The notes below the pieces were generated by a model that saw only the letters and a program-made list of their open reading frames with translations, was not told the origin of the DNA and did not search any database. DNA of 64,000 nt from Dictyostelium discoideum (taxonomy: Eukaryota): positions 3,200,001 to 3,264,000 of the forward strand of contig CM000152.2 of NCBI GenBank assembly GCA_000004695.1, written 5' to 3'. A program made the position numbers and the translations under genes. Below are positions 55,279 to 64,000 of the stretch, piece by piece (positions within the stretch are counted from its first letter, which is position 1; the number at the start of each line of letters is the position of its first letter).

Positions 55279-55741
55279 AAATTATTCAACAGGAATTTGA
55301 TAATGAAAAGAGTGCAAGAGATGCCATTGAAGAAATGCACGATTCAATTGTTGACGGTGAAAAGATTCTTGTAGAGAAATCACACAGTGGTAAAAAACAT
55401 CCAGATGAATGTTTCATTTGCAGAGGTCGTGGCCATTGGGCTCGTAGTTGTCCAAAAGGTGGAAGGTATGTAATTTTATTCTCTCATAAATTTTTCCGGG
55501 TTTTTTTTTTTATTTTTTTTTATTTTTTTTTTTTTTTTTTCAATTTTGGGGAATTTTTATTTTTAGAGGAATCAATAACTTTTTGTTTTTTATTTTGTTT
55601 GGACCAAATAATTGGCATCTCAATAAATAATAAGTAATAAATAATAATAAATAATAAATAATAAATAATAAATAATAAATAATAAATAATAATAAATATA
55701 AATAATAATAGTAATAATAGTAATAATAATAATAATAATAA

Positions 55742-55789
<48 letters not shown>

Positions 55790-56772
55790 TTCCAAATATG
55801 CGCATGCCATCAGTACATTGGATACCAGAAAGAAAAATGGGCATAATCAGTAATTGCAATTTGTGAATATTTCTTGGAGCCAGTAACCAGTTTTGGCAGT
55901 AGTGTTGGAAGTAAGGCGTGACCTTGATGTGACACAGTTCCACTACGTTAGATAGCCATCGGTATCTGTTTGTTTTGTTTTTGTTTTTGATTGTGCCGAG
56001 TCTCGGGGTTGCCACAAGAGTTGTGTTGTGCGGCGGCGATGATGTTGTAATGTTGTAATATTGAAGAGTGGTAAAAGGGGTGAATTTGTGGTATGACGAC
56101 GACGATAATAGCATTGGATGACGACGATGATAATAGCTACAATGATGACGATGAGCAATGCAGCGGCTATGTATGTGATTATTTGTTGTTGCCATTCCCC
56201 CCAAAGTACAGGATATGTTCCTCCTCTCCCCAAATTTGTTTTAGAATAACGGTAAATACGATCACACCTCACAAATACTAATATCTCTTTCTTTCAAACT
56301 TTTTTTTTTTTATTATTTTGTATTTTTTTTTTTTAAATAATAAAGAGGTAGAGATGGTAGAGATAGAGATTATAGAGATAATAGAGACAGAGATAGGGAT
56401 AGAGAAAGAGAAAGAGAAGGTCATTTAAGAAACAGAACTTGTTTCACATGCAATGGTGTTGGTCACATTGCAAAGGATTGTCCAAAATCAAACAGACGTT
56501 ACAATCCATACAACAACAATAACAACAATAACAATGGTAGAAATAGAGATAGAAGTTATTCTCGTTCAAGATCAAGATCACCAAGATACAGAAGCAATGG
56601 TGGAAACAGATATAGAGATAGAAGTAGAGATAGAAGTAGAGATAGAAGTGGTGATAGAAGAGGTGGAAGTGACAGAAGAAGTGGTAGAGATAGAAGTACC
56701 GAAAGAAGAAGAGAAAGAAGTAAATCAAATGAAAGAAGAAGAGAAAGAGAAGGTAACAATAGTCCACGTTAA
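54509..56772 (+). CDS. Serine/arginine-rich splicing factor (SRSF7/9G8-like): RRM, two CCHC zinc knuckles and an RS/RD-rich tail
   Basis: Three exons: 54509..55147 (N-terminal RS/RD region plus RRM start, donor GTATGT), 55293..55465 (...CFICRGRGHWARSCPKGG, donor GTATGT, phase 2), 56346..56772 (GRDGRDRD...CFTCNGVGHIAKDCP...RS repeats). The second intron is unusually long, about 880 nt. Confidence 0.75.
55800..56290. other. GC-rich (about 45% GC) island inside the long SR-gene intron, with non-Dictyostelium codon usage, a local hairpin (CCGAGTCTCGG), GCGGCGGCG and GACGACGAT repeats; candidate structured ncRNA or relic
   Basis: Composition contrasts sharply with the roughly 10% GC of flanking intron sequence. 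Only short ORFs with atypical codons (acg, gac, ggc, agc). Confidence 0.3.
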
Positions 56773-57413
56773 ATTGATTTTACCTTTGATTACTCTTTAT
56801 TGAAAAATAAATAACAAAAAACCAAAAACAATAACTCTCCCAATTTATCTCTTATCAATTCTCTCAATCATCTCTCTCTCTTTCAACATAATAAATAATA
56901 ATAATAATAATAATAATAACCTTTTTTTAATCCACATTATTTAATTTTCCTCATCAATTATTTTTTATTCCCTACATTAAAATATAAAAATATAAATAAA
57001 ATTAAAACAAATAAATTAATAAATAAATAAATAAAAAAAAAAAAATAAAAAAAAAAAAATTTGTGTCATTTCATTATATATTTGTTTGAAATGTTTATTG
57101 GTGCAGTTTAAAATGGAAAGGTGGCTTTTTTTTTTTTTTTTTATTTATTTATTAATGTTTATTTGAGTAAGAGATAAAAAAAAAAAGTTTTATTTAAATG
57201 TATGAGACACATGTGAAAATAAAAGATAACAAGAAGTCATTTTTTTAATCTGGAAAATGAAAAAATCGCAATATTTATTATTTTTTTTTTTTTTTTAAAA
57301 ATTTTTTTTTTTGATTTTTATTTTTATTTTGCTCAATATTCACACTAAAAAAAAAAATAAAAATAAAATAAAAATAAATATAAATAAAAATAAATAATAA
57401 ATAATAAATAGCA

Positions 57414-60047
<2,634 letters not shown>

Positions 60048-60851
60048 AAGAAAAAAAAAAATGGGAAAAGGGACTTTTTTTGTTTTTTACATAAATTTCT
60101 TAACTTTTCTATTATTTTTTTAATTTTATTTTTTTTTATTTATTCTGCCAACTGTATTATTAAAGGATTTTCTTCCTTTTTTTTTATTTTTTTTTTTTTT
60201 TTTTATTTATTACTGCATAAAATTTTTAAATAAAATTAAAAACTAAACTTTTCAATTATATATTTAGTTTTTTTTAAAATTTATTCCTCCGATATTATTA
60301 CTTTTAATAATGGGTGTCCAAAATCCAAAAGCTAAATGCAAAGATAAAAATAAAAATACTTTCTAAAGTAAATTGCACCTTTAAAATTTATATAACATGT
60401 TAATCAAACAATTGAAGAGATTCTTTAGAATTATGGCAGTAGGGCAGTACAGTTTTTTTTTTTTTTTTTTTTTTTTCTAAACATTTATTTAATTTTTATT
60501 TTTTTTTTTAGACAGTTAAAGATTTGAAAACATTAGGATTTGGCTCTGAATTGAAATTAATTTCAAAAAAAAAAAATATTTACCATAAATGGTAACCAAC
60601 AAGTTTATCACTCAACATCAATTAATCAATTCAATTATCTTGGCCAATTAGTTAAAAAATACAAGTAATTATATATGGATAAAAAAAAAAAAAAATACAT
60701 AATAATTCAATTTAATTGAGCAAGTTACAGATTCAAATAAGCCATATTAAATAAATAAATAAATAAATAATGGATCAAAGATTTTGATTTTTTATTTTAA
60801 TTTTTAAGTGAATTTGTGAGGGGAAAAAAAAAAAAAAATCTATCGTTTTCT

Positions 60852-61084
60852 TTATGGTTCTAATATGTCTGTTAAATTTGTTGTTGGAATAAGTAAAACT
60901 TTGTTTTTTTTTTTTAATTTAATATTTTTAAAAAAAAATTAAAATGTTACTTACACCCTCTACCTCCACCTAATTGACCATTTGATGGAGAAGGAGATAA
61001 TGATGGTGATTTGTTAGATGATGGAGTAATTCCAAATTTAATTTTTCCTGAAGTTGCTGGTATATTAATGGGTATTTTTGTCAT
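60852..61084 (-). CDS. Tiny two-exon gene P1, about 48 aa: MTKIPINIPATSGKIKFGITPSS...GGGRG|YILEP
   Basis: Exon 1 61084..60955 ends ...GRG plus 1 nt, donor GTAAGT. Exon 2 60868..60852 (acceptor TTTAACAG) encodes YILEP-stop. Paralogous to P2 and P3. Confidence 0.4.
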
Positions 61085-61516
61085 TTTATTTTTATTTGTT
61101 TTTTTTTTTTAAAAAAAAAATAGTAATAATTATTGATGAATTTAGTTTAAAAATTAAAAAAATTAAAAAAAAAAACCAAAATAAAAAAATAAAACTAAAA
61201 AAAAAAAAAGATATTTTTAATTTTTTTTTTTTTTTTTGATATAGATATTTGTTGAATGGCCACCAGGATAAAAAAATTCGTACATGAAAGAAAAAAAAAA
61301 AAATGCCTTCGCACCCCGCATGCCAATTACCACCCCTTCATAAATTTTTTTTTTTTTTTTTTTCAAAATTCACTTTTTTTCAATCGCAGTGTAAATAAAA
61401 AATAATTAAAATAATAAAATAAATTATAAAAATTTAAATTCAACAAAGTTTATTATGAATTATTTTGGCTATTTTTTAAAAAAAAAAAATAAAATCTTGG
61501 TTTTTTTTTTTTTTTT

Positions 61517-61741
61517 CTAAGGTTGAAAGTCTGATTTATAAAAGGTGAGAAGTTAGTTTATTTTTACAAATATTTAAAATAAAATTATTTTTTAAAAAAT
61601 AAAAAAATACTCACATCCTCTGTTGCCTTCGAAAGTTGGATTTTTGGCTACTAAATTTGGTGATTGGATTATAGTACCTCCAATTGCAAATTTGTTCTTT
61701 CCTAAGGAGTCTGGAATACTTGATACAGGATCTCTATTCAT
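61517..61741 (-). CDS. Tiny two-exon gene P2, about 46 aa: MNRDPVSSIPDSLGKNKFAIGGTIIQSPNLVAKNPTFEGNRG|YFQP
   Basis: Exon 1 61741..61615, donor GTGAGT, phase 1 after GNRG. Exon 2 61530..61517 (acceptor AAATCAG) encodes YFQP-stop. Intron 84 nt, against 86 nt in P1. Confidence 0.4.
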
Positions 61742-61854
61742 TTTTTTTTATTTTTTTTTTTATTTATTATTTATATATAAAACAATTTGGTGACAAGAAA
61801 AATAAGGAGAAAATGATCAAGAAAAAAAAAAAAAAAAAAAAAAAATTAAATATA

Positions 61855-61890
<36 letters not shown>

Positions 61891-61913
61891 AAAAAAAAAA
61901 GAAACAAGATTTT

Positions 61914-61947
<34 letters not shown>

Positions 61948-62204
61948 GTGGATTTTGGCGAATTTTGTAATTCCATAATAATATAAAAATGAAATTCCAG
62001 ACATTTTTTTTGAAAAATAATTAAAATAATTAAAATAAAATTATTTGGTTTTGGAATGGTAATGAATATTTTTAAAAGGTTTAACAAAATTAAATATTTT
62101 TTATTATATGTAAATATTGAATGGCCCTTGAGTTTTTTTGAATTGGTATTGAATGGCCCTTGAGTGAACAAAGAAAGTAATTCCATTGTTTTTTTTTTTT
62201 ATTT

Positions 62205-62533
<329 letters not shown>

Positions 62534-62612
62534 TTTTTAAATTGGTGGATATAAAATATTGTATTTGATGTTGGTGAAAAAATAAAAGTAAAAAAAAACT
62601 AAAAAAAAAAAA

Positions 62613-62649
<37 letters not shown>

Positions 62650-62965
62650 CAAAAAAAAAAAAAAAAGAATATTTTTTTTAATTCTTTTAATTCGATTTTT
62701 GTTTTTTTTTTTTTATTTCCTGCTTGTTTTTTTTTATTTTGTGTCAAGGACCAAATACCTTTTTTCTAAAAATAAAAAAAAAAAAGGACCAAATACCTTT
62801 TTTCTAAAAAAAAATAAAACTAAAAAAAAAAAAAATGTAATAATATTATGACACACCTTTTCATTTTCACTTTTTTTTTTTTTTTTCATACTTTTTTTAC
62901 ATTTTTTTTTTTTTTTTTTTTCTGACATATTACAACCAAAACAAAAAAAAAATTTTAAAAAACTA

Positions 62966-63742
62966 ATGATAGATCTTTTCGATTTTGTAGTATTATCTTC
63001 ATTCATCATTCTTTTACCATTGGTAACTGATTTCCTTAATAATACATTTCCAAATGCAAAGATTGGTAGATTAGCACAAGAAGTTGTGGGCATGATATTG
63101 GTATTCTTTATTGTATCTTTAATATTTGCAGGAGTATCATTATGGTATACCCATTTCTTACCATTTTATTATACAAAATCATTATTAATAAGTTTTGATA
63201 CTTTAAATTTATTAGATCTATTAAAATTCATTAATACTGATAATAATAACAACAGTGGTAGCAGTATCTTCAATAAAATTACATTCTATTTTCACATTTT
63301 CTTTACAATTCAATTAGTTGTTAATTTATATTATTACTACTATCAAACTATAACTGCTGATAATTTCTTACCAAAAATTTCAAAAAATAAACAAATTCAA
63401 TTATTTGCTAGTGAGACAACTACAACAACAACAACAACAACTGATAATATTAATGAAAAAAAAAATAAACTTTGTGGTTTATGTGATCAAGTTAGTGATG
63501 GAAAATGGTCAACAATTAATAAACCGAAATCACATCATTGTAGAATTTGTAAACGTTGTATTGATTCAATGGATCATCATTGTCCATTTGCTGCAAATTG
63601 TATTGGTATAAATAATCATCATTATTTTATACTATTCATAGGTTATACTGTAATGGCATTAATTTATGCATGTTATTTATCATTCTTCCCATACTATCAT
63701 TGTATTGTAAATTATAAAAATTATGTTAGTTTATCTTTTACC

Positions 63743-63777
<35 letters not shown>

Positions 63778-64000
63778 TTTTAAACAATTAGCTCAATCAT
63801 GTGCAAAATTCAATAAATATAGTTTTATATTTTTATGTTGTTGTTTAATTGTAACTGCCTCATTTGGTATACTTTTATTTCAAACTTATTTAATCATTAC
63901 AAATTCAAAAACTGTTCAATTACTTAGTCGTTTAAAGAAATCAAAATCATTTTTAGATTGGTTTAAATGGTTATATCAAAATTTTAAACAAAATGCTTCC
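62966..64000 (+). CDS. DHHC-type protein S-acyltransferase (palmitoyltransferase), 5' part; runs off the window end
   Basis: Open frame from ATG 62966 to the window end with no stop, so it is absent from the track. DHHC-CRD present: CGLCDQ...HHCRICKRCIDSMDHHCPFAANCIGINNHHYF. Two hydrophobic helices precede it and one follows. Confidence 0.75.

Noticed and set aside
55466-55637. C-terminal Phe-rich extension of track ORF 55335..55637 (...GGRYVILFSHKFFRVFFFIFF...)
   Set aside because: It is readthrough of a GTATGT donor into T-rich intron. The frame resumes in RS-domain exon 3 at 56346 with matching phase.

Overview
This window reads as Dictyostelium discoideum nuclear DNA rather than a prokaryotic locus. 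It is about 78% A+T, has long A/T homopolymer runs, (AAT)/(CAA) codon repeats, and short AT-rich introns (about 70–215 nt) with GTAAGT/GTATGT donors and (T)nAG acceptors. I found no prokaryotic-style defence or accessory system.

I can support about 25 protein-coding genes on both strands. Many are multi-exon; the ORF track omits exons that lack a Met, and I assembled those by hand. The genes, in order:
- a protein with acidic/KEL repeats and a tentative BPI-like domain (265–2279)
- two low-complexity hypothetical proteins (3048–6382, 6520–7210), possibly one gene
- a roughly 199-aa hypothetical protein (7518–8475, minus strand)
- a Nog2/GNL2 nucleolar GTPase with a C-terminal repeat extension
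- a FolD-type methylene-THF dehydrogenase/cyclohydrolase
- a Coq1-type polyprenyl diphosphate synthase
- a secreted Pro/Thr/Ser repeat mucin-like protein
- an MRH-domain protein with Pro/Thr/Ser repeats
- a hypothetical gene interrupted by an in-frame TGA
- a short-tailed class I myosin
- a beta-lactamase-family serine hydrolase
- an ABCC transporter
- MCM3
- a small tail-anchored-like protein
- a roughly 1100-aa coiled-coil membrane protein
- TRAP-beta/SSR2
- an Asn-rich protein
- a GST
- the large NAD-glutamate dehydrogenase
- an SRSF7-like SR protein
- an FHA-kinase (Chk2/Fhk-like) with a C-terminal PBZ finger
- three tandem tiny paralogous two-exon genes
- the 5' part of a DHHC palmitoyltransferase.

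Second-look items:
- the tiny-gene trio and its upstream TTGAATGGCC motifs
- a 480-bp GC-rich island inside an 880-nt intron of the SR-protein gene
- a roughly 1.2-kb segment bounded by 25-bp inverted repeats with a nested hairpin
- an in-frame TGA plus a 50-bp coding palindrome in one gene
- an apparent frameshift in the NAD-GDH gene
- ATG|GT introns directly after the start codon in two genes
- E2F-like GCGC boxes upstream of mcm3
- recurrent GT/CA-rich, G-box-like promoter motifs.

Coordinates of hand-built splice junctions are approximate (a few nt).
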